Assembly: GCF_000143415.4 (NCBI RefSeq)
Contig: NW_003314316.1
Span: 750,669-814,668, forward strand
From: Selaginella moellendorffii
Taxonomy: Eukaryota; Plantae; Lycopodiophyta
Length of the DNA: 64,000 nucleotides
Direction: 5' to 3'
Below are positions 21,977 through 35,947 of this stretch, piece after piece. Below the pieces are notes generated by a model. That model did no database searches, had not been told where the DNA came from, and saw only the letters and a program-made list of their open reading frames with translations. Made by a program: the position numbers and the translations under genes. How positions within the stretch are numbered: position 1 is the stretch's first letter; each line of letters begins with the position of its first letter.

Positions 21977-24900
21977 TCACTGAAAATCGTCCCACTCGTC
22001 GTTGCTTGACGGGCTCTCTGGTGCAGGGACTGGAGGTGGCGAAGCAGGCTTTGCGATGACCGCAGGAAGTGGCTTCATGGCAACGGGCATCTTGATTGGA
22101 CCCGGCACAGGAGGCGAAGCGCGTGCATCCTGAGTCACAGACGTTCTAATAATCTCCTGCAAGATGGAGAAACATGTCTCATGATGGAGGAAAAGAATCA
22201 CAGCAAATCCTTGCCTGTAGTTTTCCTCGGGCTTCAGGCGGCAGATCCAGTAGCACGGCTTTAAATTGGGTGGCAGATGCAGGCACGGATGCCAATTGTG
22301 TGACAAGCTTTACAGCCACGCTCGTGAATGATGTTGCCAGCTGACAAAAACCGCGTAAGAAACGCACACATGAGGAGGCTCAACTTCGAACTTACTGTTG
22401 TTGCTTGGACAATCGCCATTAACAAGACGTGTAAAACTTCTCGTTGAGCATCATCACCCTCAACCAAGGATCGGAGTTGAACTAATAGTTTCAAACTCTC
22501 CACAACGGCGTTGGTTTGAGCGGATGACAACGTTCCCTGGAAAACAAGTTACGAAACGAATTCGTCCAAACTGACACCAACCTTTGGCAAAGCCTCGACT
22601 ATGCATGCGACATCTGCCCCAAGCTCGCGCATGAGCAACAACGCCCAGCTACATTTGCTAGCCTTTGGTTGCTCTGTGATTCCTGCTTGTACAGTGGCGC
22701 TTAGAGTCTGAACAACAGCTAGTTGAACCTGACAAATGAGACAGTCAGTACAATCCACGGAGAAAGCACTCACGAGAGACAACATACCAACGGATTGTTC
22801 GTCGCCAGAGCAGCACGAAGAGAATCGATGCAGCACTTTTGAGCAGATGATTTCAGACTCCGGGTAGCATCACTATCTGGCACTGTGCGTGTTACAGCCA
22901 CCAATATGCCCAGCAAGATTTGTACGTGTTGTATGGTGTTCTGGTCCAAGCTCTTACTATTCCACTGCTTTTCACACATTGATGCCAAGCTCTCAACGGA
23001 AGCTGATAGAACAGCGCATCTGTCCTCAACTGGGAAATACTCCACATACGACTCATCTGAGCATTACACATCAAATCAGAGCCCTACGCATGCCAAGAGA
23101 AATATTTTACCAGTTTTCGACGCAGCCGTTGTGAGGCATGTAACTAATGTTGTTACGGATGACAGAGCATTTCCTGAGAGTCCTCGCAAGCTCAGAAGCT
23201 TCAAGCCCGCACATAGCAGTTGTGGAATAAGGTCGCCTTGCATCTGACATTACAATTATTAGAAGCTTGTGAAGCTTAGCAAGGTCGCAAACCTTGCTAT
23301 TTAGACGAGCAACCAGATTTCCTAAGGTAGAAAGAGCGCAACAAACAACTGCATCGCTTTCAAATGTGTCCCATCTATTTTCTTCGCTGAAGAAAATAAA
23401 AAGCGCGAGTTTCAGGTGATAATCCAGGAACAAAGTCTCACCTGGCCAGCAGATCGCTACAATAACTCATGGAAATATCGACAATGGTAACAACTAAATC
23501 TTCGTTGTGAAGGTATGTTTCAGGCGTCGAGTTCACAATCTACGCAAGCATTAGAAAATAAAAAATAATACAGAAGGTTTGAAAGGATAAACTCACTTGC
23601 TCTACGACACATACGATTGCCATCGGGGCCCAAGAATAGGCCTGAAAACTCGGATTGAGAAGCATCTGTTTAGAAACGTTAGATACAGAAAATGCCAACA
23701 AAAAAACAAGAGTAACGCGCTAGACTTACAGATAGAAGTTCCTGGCACAGGTCAATTGAAAGCATTGCGGGTGAGTAGAAACTGGGAGAGCAAAGGCATC
23801 GAAGAGCACGTAATGCTACAAGCTGTAAGTTTGCATTTCCCGCAGGACTGTTTCCCATTATCCTTCCGCTGAACGAAGGAAAACTTCGGGCATGATGACT
23901 ACGATCAGAGACTTTCGACCCCTTGTTTAGCAAAATGAGGACTGATAAAGCCCATATGAGCAAGAAATCGCTGTTGTTGAGTTCAACAGGTTTCAGCGTT
24001 GACAACTCGATAGGCAGTGCGTTTGAAGCAGGTACGGCATCCACGGCAACAGCTTCCAGGATAAGTGAAGAAACTTCGTGCAGGTGAGGTTGAAGTTTTG
24101 CAGCAATAGCTGGTGACTCCATTCCTTCCAAAAACGGTTTATAATTTTGCTGCACCAAAGACATAGTCTTTGTAAGAACCGAAATGTATGATTTCGTACC
24201 TGCATCTTTCCCGAAAATTGAGTGCAAACCATAGTGTAATCCTTGAGAAGGCCAATCCAGCAACGATTGAGTAAGTTAACATGGTTCCCCAGAAGGGAAA
24301 TCAAGAGATTTCCGACTACAGCCTTTTCAGGCCCGCTTTTCAAACAGGCGAGAGCATACGTTTTCACGGCGGCATGAGCACCAAGTAAGCCAGCTTTTAC
24401 CTGCATATGAATATTTATGCGACGCATAGTCAGGTGCTTCAAATTATACGTACCTTACAACAAACCCACTCGGCGTAGGAAGTGTAATTGAGGCTATCCC
24501 AGTTCGACAAAGGACGCGATATTAAGTTCAAAACTCTTTGAAGAACTCCACGGTCATTGCCAGCAACTCCACTCGTCACAATCTGAAAAGAATAACAGTC
24601 ATTAAACAAATCATCTTTGAAGTTTTTGCATACCCTCGCGGCCAGTCTTGCACCTGAAGCCATAAGCAACGGACTGGCAGACGGTTCTAATGCCGTGCGG
24701 ACAGCTGACAAGAATTGAGCCTGACAATAGAGAAAAAGAGTCAATATTAATCAATTCCTGTGCCTAGAGGAACCTGATATTGCTCCAATAAGAGGTGGCC
24801 CGCATACTCTGGGTCTGGATCTTCTGTTTTTCCGAACTGCGGCGAAACGAAAAATATTGAGTTTCTGCACAAGATAGATACAAACTTGCGGTACCTTTTC

Positions 24901-27900
24901 AAGTATTGTATCCAGTAGGCCGACACCGATAGTTCTGATGCTCTCCATTGCTCCAGTTGCAACCTGCATTTCGGTAATATGAGACTCAGGTAATGCACAC
25001 CGATACAAGACCTGATACGCAAGTGCAACCAGCTCGCCTAAATGAAGAACTAGCAGGTCAGCACCCGGGTTTCTTGCCAGATGTTGTCGTGCTTGATTGA
25101 TGTCAAAATGCAGAGGGTCAGCCCCCACTGCAGTTGGAATGCGACTGAGACATCTGAAAAAAGAAAAAAAAAAAAAAACCCGTAATGTTGTGTGCATATA
25201 AAAATGAATCAACATACTCTGCCGCAAAAACGCGCGTTGTATAACGAGGTAAAAGATCAACTTCTCTCCTTACTTCAGATTTCGCTGGCTCGGAATTTCG
25301 AGAACCAATCATGCTACCTTCATCATCTTCACCCACTGGCTCTTCAGCTCCACCAATTGCATTAGAGGACGAAACATTTGGTTTCGAGCTCGCAAGGACC
25401 TACATCAACAGTACACAGGTCAACTCGTATAGACTCACATAACAGAACTTACAAATTGATCTTACAACAGTGCGGCATATTTGAATCCAGCGAGAGGGGT
25501 ACGACGGACAGGCTGAATCCAGAAGGCGTTGCAGCGTCAGACGGACGGTTTTAATAATCCTGAAAATAGACACTTTGAAAAACAGCAGAGTGAAACAGGC
25601 TTACTTTGAATCAGTTTCGGTATCTAGCATTGCAAATAAATCTTCCTCAATCCTTTCGTTATTCATGGCCACCTGAAAAATCACGTTAGGACTTCTTTCA
25701 CAGGAATCCCTTTAAAAGTACTGGATCGCGTTCACAGAGATGCCTTAACGTCGAAACTGCAGCATGCCTCAAAGATGGCTGCAATAGTAATAGATTAGAT
25801 ACAGACAATATTATTGATAGCAAACCTGCTTCGAGAACAGCGTCGGAAGAAGGGTCTCAACGTGAGCATGGACGGGAAGAGCCTGTGGAGCGAAAACCAC
25901 CAACTGTTGTATATATCTCACGCCCCTACGTTAAAACACAAAAATAAACAAGAGTCCAGAACATGTACACCCGCTCACTCTAAAAGCGCTCCTGGTTCCT
26001 CACCAGAACTTACGACTGATACAACGGACTACATAAGATCCCTGGTCAGTAATCTGAGCTGCGGGCTTGAAATGTTACCTTGCACCGCGAGTAAAGGGAG
26101 CTTCCAAAGGATAATTCGGGCCCAAGAACAGCCACAATAGCATTCACCACACGACCAATGCTCTCTCTTATTTCTGGATGATTATGATCCTCAGATAGTA
26201 TGATATCCATAACTAGAGTCAACGTCGCCTGCAAGACACAAATATCACTTTTATTCACACACACATAAAATACCTGCACATGCGGAACAAACGATAGACC
26301 AGCAGATTCGATGGTAAGCCATAAGCCATGCAAAATCCAGACGTGGTGCCCCTCTTTAGCGTCCCGAGCCATTGAGCATATGGCTTGCACAGTTGCTGGA
26401 ACAAGAGCTGAAAGTGCCATACCCCCTACACTGTAACATCAAAAGATTATTAGCATCAACAGCCTAGATAAAAGCCCGTATAACCTGCGATGAATACATC
26501 CAAGAACAAATGCAACTGAGCCTTTGTGCAAAGATTCGTTTGCTGCACCTACATCGCTCAAAAGAGATCGCATCTGCAAAAAAACAAAAAGGATTGTTTG
26601 ACATGGGCAACGGCATCGATACCAGACGTGCAGCGTAAACATCTGTTCCCATTTTTGCCAGTAAGCCAAGTCCTTCGGCAGCAGCACGGCGGTGGGTCGT
26701 GGCACTTGTTTCTTCCGAGAGAATGTCCTGCACGTGCTACAGTCAGTAAAATCGACTTGCTTATACAAATAATCTGACCTCAAACAACGTCTGAATACGT
26801 TTCAAAACCTCTCCTTCAGGATGTTCTTGAATCCGTTGTGCTACAGATTTCTAAAAGTTGTAGCAATATAAACAATGAGCATAAAAATAATCACAATAAT
26901 GTTGCATACCTTAAGACTTCCAAGTAGCGCAACACAGATATTTGTTAAGCTCGCATCATACGAGGGCTTTTTCCCATTTTTAATTGACATTTCCATCACG
27001 TCCAGCACTTGTAGCCTTGTCGTTTCGGACTGGGAATTTCCAGCAAAATAAATAGATGAGCCAAGTTAAACTATATTATTACCTGGGTTCCAAAAAGTGT
27101 TCCCAAGCACAACATCATCTCGTCGACGAGCGTGGTTTCCATGGGAACCGGCTGAAATAACTCATTGTTAACAGAAGTATAATAAAGGTACGTGACAAAC
27201 CTGTGGAAACGCAGGCACTTCCTCCCATACACATGGAAGCAATCCGTCTCCACCACCTTCGAATGCACGCATTTCGTCTTGAAATGAATCTCTGAAGAGA
27301 AAACTATTAGATCGTTCTTTAAAAAAAACGCTTTACAACCTTCCAGGTAGCCATGGACCAAGTGAGGCATCTCTTGCATCAAGCAACAAACGCAAAGAGG
27401 AGCTTTCCCCATAGCTCGACGGTTCTCTGTCAGAATTGAAGGTTAGAGAAAACACCAGATGAAACACATACCTGAAAGGAGCAGTACAAATCCTCAAAAG
27501 TTGGGTATGCTCGTTCTTGTAGGAAAGTGGAGCCGGAAGCGTTCTGAACGCCCGTAGGACTTTGATTATAAAAACATCAACGAATGGTTTTAAAGGTGGA
27601 GTTGCTTGCTGTAGCACGTTTGACGAAAGGCACGAGAGGGAACTGGAAAAACAAATTTAGAAGCACATCAAATTGAAGCTATCAGAAAGGAGCATGCATT
27701 ACCCGCTCAAATATCCAAGTACGGGTTGAATTAGCATTCCTTCGCGCTCAGGAGAAATTTGAGCCATTAAGTAGTTTTTAACAAAAGCCGTCAGTGCTTC
27801 GACTGCTGCCGACCAGCCACTAGTAAATAAATGTGTCAATTTTGACCCACACATTGTTCGTTCGATATACCTGATTTCGGCAGCAAGATTTCCTCCCAGT

Positions 27901-30377
27901 TGTTTAAGCATGCCGTCAATATTTCCAGAAACTGGAGCGGTCCACAGGCTAATCAGCTCACGTTCTTTTTCTCTGAGTTCCTGTGACAGTTATAGTCAGT
28001 ATCTAGTATTCCAATAAGAGGTGCAGCTCACTTCTCTAGGCAGAGATGAAACAAAAGAGCTTATCAGCATCCATCCCGCCTCTTTCTCAGACGCTGCAGA
28101 AAGAGAGTTTCGAACGGGTTGTAAAACAAGTTTTCTTCCAACGTCCAGAACAGCCAGCGGCAGTCTACACCAAATAAAAGTTGTCAAATGAAACGTCAGC
28201 GTACCAGTACCTTGACGGCAGGCCAAGTAATAGCTTCGGGTATGATGCAAGAAGTGCGGCCAGCAACGCAGCCTGTCCATGTAGTGCACCTAGTTGAAGC
28301 TTCAGACGATCACCCTGCAAAGTAACCGGCTAAGAAAAGAAACAGTTTGGCATTCTTAATACCTTTTCTACAGCGACTGCCTCATGCACTGCCCACAGGG
28401 TTGTCACGGCACAAGACATAACGTTACTTGCAAATGTTGGATCTACTTCCGCAAGTGTCCGCAAAGTTAGCGCTGCTTCCACGCGTACCTGTTCATCTGA
28501 TCTAATTTTGGACTACGATTTAAACACGTACCTCTACTGAATAATGCGACGAGCTTGAAACTAGCGCACCGTCCAAAGCATCACGAGCAGATAATGTCAC
28601 CTGTTTTCTTTTTCAAAACAATAGAATTTCGCCGAATAAAGGAAGTGTACAAACCTCTCCAAGCGTTGTCAAAAGGTGTGACAGTGTCCTCAGTAAAACC
28701 ACAAGCATTGAAGGGCTGTTGTCGGCTAAGTTGAGCTGTTCCAATTTCGCGAGTATAACTAAACTGTTAGGTAAGGAAAAACAATTACCTGTTTACATAG
28801 CATACTCATTAACTCCTTTTGACCCGGTTCTCCCATTTGCTCAACAATGCCAACACGAAGAATGTACAAGACACAAGCCTGTAAAGTGGAAAATTTAGAA
28901 ATTCACATAACATAGCTTCAAAAAATCTGAACCTGGGCGTGCGGGTCTATTTGCGAGTTGGCTGAGCGAAGCAAGTTGATTACTTGGGTTGCGTAGGCTC
29001 CCAGCTCAAAGTCATTTTTTGAATAGCACAAGTGCATTTCCTGTATGGTTACAACTTCAAAAGGAACCTTCTTGAGAACTACTTTACCTGCAAGAAAGCT
29101 ACCCATGCCATTGCAAGCCCGACCCGAAAGTCTTTATGCCGAGGACCTGATACTGACGAATTATACAGGTTAGACACCAAGCTTCTTCCTACCTTTCACA
29201 AACGGTGCAACTAGGTACTTGTCCAAAGCGCCTTCCAGAACTTTAGCTGGTGGGGGAGGCGCACCACCTTTCCCTTTTGGTTGAATCTGTAGCACTAGTC
29301 AGATAAAGCACAAGCACAACCAAAAATGAAAACACCTGTCCTTGTGGATTCAGCCCAAGTGCGACAAGAGCGCCCAGAGCTGCTGCAAAGCCATCTTGTA
29401 CAGACTGCGATGCGTCTTCTAAAGCCTGGAAAAGAAAGTAAAGAACTTTGGATGCTCGAAAAAGGAAATGTTCATCGTACCTTTAGGCACAGACTAGCGC
29501 AATTCTCAAGAGCTCCTGGGCCAAATCCGGGGCCTCCAGTGACAGCAAATAGTCTCAAGCATCCGGCTGATATGGCCTTCACACCAGCACTTTTGTCTGT
29601 CACGCCCGACTTCAATATCACCCGCAATCCATCTGCATAGGCAGACCAAGGGCCAATTCCCCCGCAACCTTCTAGCGCATCGTGAAGAAGCTGTATCCCT
29701 GCCTGTCTTACCGACACCTACGAAGAGCAAGCACAAACTTTTACCGTAAATCAAAAAGCCGTAAGCCAAAATACCTCCTGAAATCTCATCAGCTTTGCCA
29801 CTAGAGTGCTCGTCTCTCCAAGATTTGAAGTGATCTTTGGTCCATATGAGCGATATAAAGTGCCCAAGCATTGGGCAGCACCTATTCCAACCGAGACAGA
29901 GATATAAAAAGGATGAAAGAGATAGAGAAGAAGTTTACCAATGAATGAAGAAGGGTCGCCCTTCTTGTTATCGGTGAGCCATCCTTGAAGACTGCTCGCC
30001 CGCGAATAAATAGAAATGCTGTCTCCTTTGATCATCAGTTCTAAGACTGCCGACGCAGCGAGATGTCTCACGGGCGGTCGGACTCCCAGGAGCAGTAAAT
30101 TCTGTAGAGCGTCCTCGCATTTCCTCTGGCAGGCCAGAATCCGGTCCTGGAAGCGAGAGAATTCAAGAAATCCAGCATGAGATCCGAGCGGCATTGCGAT
30201 ATTTCGACACTATACCGGAGACTCGTCGTCGATCGTCCAGATGAGATCCGCCAGGAGATCGAAGCAAATGAGCGGATCCAAATGCTGCTGCAATTTGAAG
30301 GACGCCGCCATCGATTCGAGCTGCGCGACGAGGACATCGAGCTTGGCGAGCTCGCTGCCCGCCCCACTCTTCCCCAT
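21977..30377 (-). CDS. SWEETIE: SWEETIE / HEAT repeat-containing protein 5 (Laa1 family), many short introns
   Basis: N-terminus LDVLVAQLESM..DPLICFDLLADL; QRKCEDAL..RPPVRHLA..GDSISIYSRASSLQG; LGPWLPGR; DPEYAGHLLLEQYQ; ends DEWDDFQ*. Exon boundaries were not all resolved. Confidence 0.92.
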
Positions 30378-30523
30378 CACGGAGAAGAAGCTACACAAAC
30401 CCTAAATATATCTGTTGCCCTATAATGGCATATGTTTTCCTTTGATAATATTGATCTCAACAAGCCAAGGATATTCGCATGTCTTGGAGCTCCAAAGATC
30501 CGAGCTTGTATGAGATTCTTCGT

Positions 30524-30635
30524 CCAGAGGAGAAGGCCGTGGAATCCATTGACACGCGCCAGGGCGATGGAGCTGTTGATGAATGTGGCACAGGAGGATG
30601 GGGCGGCGCCCATCTCGGATCCGGCAGGGAAACAG
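30524..30635 (-). pseudogene. Short GH18 class V chitinase-like fragment
   Basis: Translates EMGAAPSSCATFINSSIALARVNGFHGLLLW, resembling class V chitinase MASxPSSRKSFIDSSIxLARxxGFHGLDLDWE but lacking DxDxE. Confidence 0.5.
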
Positions 30636-31739
30636 ATGCATCCCACCACGTCGCGCCATAATCCGAAGCTGCCCAGTGCTAAATCGCCAAGAGCATTCAT
30701 AATTTTCTCTAAAGCTGTTCCTGGAAATTAGGCAACTCCTTCAGCAGGTGTCATGTGGCTCTCACAAGCTTTCCACATTTATCTCCCTATGATTATGACC
30801 TTGCCAATGCACAAACCCTGCCTGTTCAAACGGCTATGCAGTAGAAAAATTTGAACTGCCTTAAATTGTTTTGACTGTTGAAAAATCCTAGTCGATCACA
30901 TCTCCAAGAGTAGATAGGATTTGATTAGATGTAATGTCTCACTGAGTGTGGTTCTTGTTGCTTTCTCCTTGTGGATTCAATTGGCATTGAATAGACAATT
31001 TCCTGTGGGATTCACGCTGATGCCACTACCACCCCTTGTAACACATCAAACTTTTCTCCGAGGAACTCAATTAAAGTACTCATGAAAATCTTGCCAAGCT
31101 CCAAGACTCAAATCCTAGTGTGAAGGATAGAAAGTTTTAGTGCTCAAATGTAAATGAAACATGGTAAGGATTTAAATGGTTTCTCTTTAATTCTTCCATA
31201 TGCGAGGACTTTAGCTACATACTGCCCAGCTTCTTTCAAAGGGATCAATTTTAGAAGCATTGAAGTTGAACATGAAAGACTTGGAGCTCTTAAGTGAATA
31301 GGGGTCTAGGACTTGACAATGAACATGGTAATCATTCTAGACAAACATGGAAAATCCATACATGTAAATGAAAAATCATAAGTTTCCATCCAAACACGTC
31401 ATAGGAGTACGATATTTTGCATGAATTTGACTTTTGAAATTTAAATCATTTGCAAATTGCTTGCCAGCCAAAATCCAAGTATAGAAAAAAATTACTATGT
31501 TACTATAATATTAAATTATTATACACTGGGCACTTGGCTTGACCGCGAGCTTAATGCGATCTCAGAAAGCGATACAATTGTAAATGCAATACTTTGTCAA
31601 GGCTATGATGTGACATTCAGATAATTTCATTTTGAATAATGATTTTTGCGATAAAGTCAAACAATGACTATGGCAGGACTTTATGTTATAAGCTTACTGA
31701 CCGACTTCTTTCAAAAGAGAAAAGGGGAAATTTAGAACT

Positions 31740-32624
31740 ATGGAAGAAATCGCTTCGAGCGTGAAAGACTTGGAGCTCGAGAAGGGGGATGAGTATCGCA
31801 GCTTCTTGCATGGAGATACCGAGAAAGATACCGTGTGGAGGCTTGGGGAAGCGCCAGAGTATGATCTTGTCAATCGCACATTCCGATCCGGGCGAACCAA
31901 GGTGAGAGATATCTGAGATCTCCATGGAGAAAAATCGTTTGATTGATCAATCACGCTGTTTACGCAGGATTGGAAGCCTGGGTCTCTGGAGGAGACAGTC
32001 CAGAATTTAGTCAAGACATGGGAGATGGAGCTGACGCACAAGACAAGAATCAAGGATTTCAAGAGCATCGATGCTGAAAATTTCTCTTTCTCCGTCAATG
32101 GTAACCATTGTTCTTGTTCTTGTGATTTGCTACCCTGTAAATCTATGATCCAGGAGGTAAAACCATGACTGGCGAGGAGCTTCTTCGCGCTGGAAGCTAC
32201 AATGCGCTGCTCGCAAGCTTAGAACATGGAGGAGCAAACAATCCTCCGCTCTACAAATCCTCGCAGGAGACTTTCGAATCGTCTCACGAGATATTTCGTG
32301 GAGTTTTTCCCAATGGATTTGCGTGGGAAGTTCTTGAGGTCTTCTCCGGGCCTCCCACAGTCGCGTTCAAGTGGAGGCACTGGGGAAAAATGGAAGGTAG
32401 TTTCAAAGAACACAATCCCAATGGCAAGACCGCGGAGATGTTTGGAATGGCAATAGCAGAGGTAAAAAAAAAAACTTTACCATTTCACATGAGTAACTTT
32501 TCTCTCTTTTTCCCCTCACTCGAAATAGGTGAACGATGAGCTCAAGATAGGAAGACTGGAGGTATTCTATGACCCTTCGCAGCTGCTGACGCAGCTTACC
32601 TGTCCGTACAATCCCAAGAGGTGA
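31740..32624 (+). CDS. Plant 'pathogen-related protein' family member, 4 exons
   Basis: YRSFLHGDTEKDTVWR..YDLVN..GRTK|DWKPGSLEETVQNLVKTWEME; GSYNALL; FPNGFAWEVLEVFSGPPTVAFKWRHWG; GT-AG introns. Confidence 0.9.
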
Positions 32625-32933
32625 AAAGCAAAGAGTGTTCCACTTTCACCTTGGTCAAACAAATAACTATGGAAATTGTCGCGTGTATGAAGTTTGAATG
32701 GAAAGCTTTGCGTACGGTATGAAATCCCGCTCAAACATTTATGCAATCATGTTTCTGCTTGGCATCAAAATAGACAAGCTTCATAGCTTCTTCCGTGCTG
32801 TGCGTGTAGATATGACCATGGAGATGATCGTCTTTCAAGCTGCCAGTTCTCTCATTGGCCATCTCTAGAAGCCTTGTAGTCGTGTGTTGTGTACATTATA
32901 GATTTTATTCAAAATTTAAAAGTGTATCAAGAT

Positions 32934-33845
32934 TTAAATACAATTGATTGAACTTGAAGACCATGAAGGAGCTACATGATCATTCCTAGACGAAGGTATA
33001 GTGTAAAGCACTAAATTACAGTCATTCTGCATAGATAAGAATGATGGTCTTAAACATCCTTCAACTCCACAATAAGTGTTACTATGCCAAACACTCTCTA
33101 AACTATTATAAATTACAAGATTTCCATCGTATTGCAATATGAGATGACAATTTAACCCCTTTTTATATGTATTAGATGTCCATTTTGGATTATTACCATA
33201 ATAAAGAACTAAGTTACAATCTTTTTGCATTGTTAACTTAAAATAATGATCGGGAGAATATAATGATTGTTCTGCCTCAAGTATATTATGAGGCCACCAA
33301 CTAAATAATGTGGTTGTAATTATTGAATTACAATATATATCTTCATCATATAAAGAATAAGTATTTGAAACTGTAACAACAGTACTTTCATAACTATTAT
33401 CATATAGCCTATCTTTAATTAGAAATTCTATTGCATATCCAACTGTACTTGCTTTAAAATAGCTTGGACAATATGTTTCTAGTAATAATATTGAATTTGT
33501 CATAATACTATCTAAAGCAATTATTGCAGTGCGCCCAAATACAGTATTTATATTACTTGGGTTTGCAGTACAAGTTCCACCAGCTATTCCATGATTATGG
33601 TTATGAATATGAATTGTAAGCAATCCTCTTTGATTATAAGCTATTGGAAAGATTGAACTATATCTTACACCACGTTCATATCTTTCTCTATCATAAAACA
33701 TTTCTCTTGTTATTTCTTGAATTCTGTTTATTATGAATCTTGTTGTAAGAATTGAGATTGCAAGAGAATTAGCATGCTCAAATTGTATAGATAGGCAAAA
33801 ATTAAAATTTAAAGAAAACACAGCAAATAATATGAATTTAGCCAT
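32934..33845 (-). CDS. Secreted protein: signal peptide, unknown ~170-aa domain, C-terminal bulb-type (GNA-like) mannose-binding lectin domain
   Basis: Three QxDxNxVxY motifs (QKDCNLVLY, QYDGNLVIY, QNDCNLVLY); hydrophobic N-terminus; TATAAATA about 30 bp upstream; intact 303-aa ORF in very AT-rich DNA. Confidence 0.85.
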   Translation of the reverse strand: MAKFILFAVFSLNFNFCLSIQFEHANSLAISILTTRFIINRIQEITREMFYDRERYERGVRYSSIFPIAYNQRGLLTIHIHNHNHGIAGGTCTANPSNINTVFGRTAIIALDSIMTNSILLLETYCPSYFKASTVGYAIEFLIKDRLYDNSYESTVVTVSNTYSLYDEDIYCNSIITTTLFSWWPHNILEAEQSLYSPDHYFKLTMQKDCNLVLYYGNNPKWTSNTYKKGLNCHLILQYDGNLVIYNSLESVWHSNTYCGVEGCLRPSFLSMQNDCNLVLYTIPSSRNDHVAPSWSSSSINCI

Positions 33846-35250
33846 TCCTTACTTATCTGTAAGGTGTTTTATTTATAATGACTTCATTATTTAATCAAGT
33901 CAACTAATAATTAGTGAAATTCTAAAATAATAATATAATATATATTTTATAAAATATGTTACTAAAGAAATATAAGCTAATCTCAATTTTAGTTGGAAAA
34001 AGCATTATAATAAAATAATATTAGGAATTTTCATGTATTATTTTATGATCTTCTTTGAAATAATAATTATTACATTACATGTATTAAACCTATTAAAGTT
34101 TAATTTTTTTTACATAATCTCTCCATTTTTATTTTTATGTTTAACCCCTCCTTTAGAGAAAAAATTTTTTAGGATAAAAGGAGATGATTAAGAAATGATG
34201 GGAAGGATAAACCTTTGTGAAGAGGGCTAAAAGTTTTGAAAAACTTTTTTTTCTATCTACTTATCTCATCCAGCTCTTTGGAGTCTCTTAGGTGGCCTGG
34301 TAATTAGTAGTTGTCTTGATCCTTGAAACACTAAAGCTAAGCTTTACACACAAACAACAAGCATAGTCAACAAGTTATATAAGGCTGGAGATCATTTGAG
34401 TCTCATTTCAATCTTACATAGCTGCAAAATTGAGAATCCAAATCCAAACGTAGAGAGACAATGCAGCCATAAGTCAGACCCAAGCCTAATAACTAGTGCC
34501 TTATGCTTTAGGATTTCCAGTTTCTTCTTCAATCTTGGCAATAATGCTCTTTCCCATGTGTTAAGGAACTGGTTTATCTTCCATTGCTCTTAACACTTAT
34601 CCAGTCATGATGTGGACAATGGTCTCCATACCAAAAGTTGCTACATAGTGCCTGACTAGTTGAGCTGGGAATCCATCACCCTTGAGCAGAGATAGGGGCT
34701 TTTAAGCACAATGATATTCTCTAAGTAGTGTGTTTCTTAACAAGTAGAAATCACTGTTTTATGTGTTGTTTTTCCTCTCTTTTATACTTTAGAATCTCAA
34801 CATATACTTCTATACTTTCAACTTTCAAATGAAATTCATTTAACAAAACATTTCATTTACCTAGTTACAACTCTTGTTCTTCATTAGCAACCAATTATTT
34901 TTCCTAATATATTTTGTCATTAGATATCAGTTTACAGGTTATTAGTTTACAATCATTCCATCTTAGCATTAGCTTGTAATAAAAAATTATTGCTTACCTG
35001 CTCTAAGATTAATATAGTGAATATTACGGTTATAAAATATTCCTATTATTTTATAAATATATATATACTTAAAATATTTTTATCTAAAATTTATGTTTAT
35101 ATTTAACTTTTAAATATAAATATATAAAATAATATATTTTAATAATAAAATCAAATAATATGGAATATTCTTTCTATTTAAAATCAATTTCTTTATATGG
35201 TAAAATACACTTTTCAATCAAATCCATTTACAAAAAATATACTTTAGCAT

Positions 35251-35409
35251 TATAAACAACTAAAGAGAATGACTTAAGTGATGGTCCATAAATATTTAAA
35301 TATAGTTTCAATTGGTTAAGGTCTTGGGATATTTGAGATTAAGTGCCATTGGATTTGAATAATATTGTGTTGAGTAATCTTCCAGGAAATTTAAATTCAA
35401 GAGCTTATA
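35251..35409 (+). mobile_element. Decayed solo LTR of Cassandra-type TRIM
   Basis: GGTTAAGGTCTTGGGATA..ATTAAGTGCCATTGGATTTGAATAATATTG..GAGCTTATA aligns to the reverse complement of 55354-55547. Confidence 0.7.
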
Positions 35410-35947
35410 AGCACAATTTATTTTGTTTCCTAGAATATCTTCATCTGCTTGCCACTAAAGAGTTTACACCTTCTTAAGTTCACTCTAGCCCACATATCAT
35501 ATTTGTGGCCGGGACTCAAGTAATTTAGAGCCTTTATTTAATGGCATTGAGCTCAAGTGGGTCACTCCATCATTATGGGTGCTTTTTGCAACACCAAACA
35601 CTATTGTGCTTGAGCCTATACTATTGTTAGAGTTTGAATGGACAAATCATATGATATTAACCTTTCATTATTCTTTATCAATCATAATAAATATAACCTC
35701 AGGAGAGTTCAAAGTAGAAGATTATTTATATAATTTATCACATGAATACAGTATATATATTATTTATAGTCATTTTTAGACCTCTAATTGAATGGTAAAT
35801 AAATTATTTTCTTAAAAATATTTTAATTGTGATATAGAATAGATAACCTAATTAGGGTAAAGACCTATATTTATATATATATAAATGATATTTAATCTAA
35901 ATTAGATAGTTTATATGCTACACTATTATAATTAGTATATTTATCTT

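Noticed and set aside
34396-34690. Possible LINE or gene fragment on the minus strand (WERALLPRLKKKLE)
   Set aside because: Too short, with multiple stops and no diagnostic motif; would need BLASTX.
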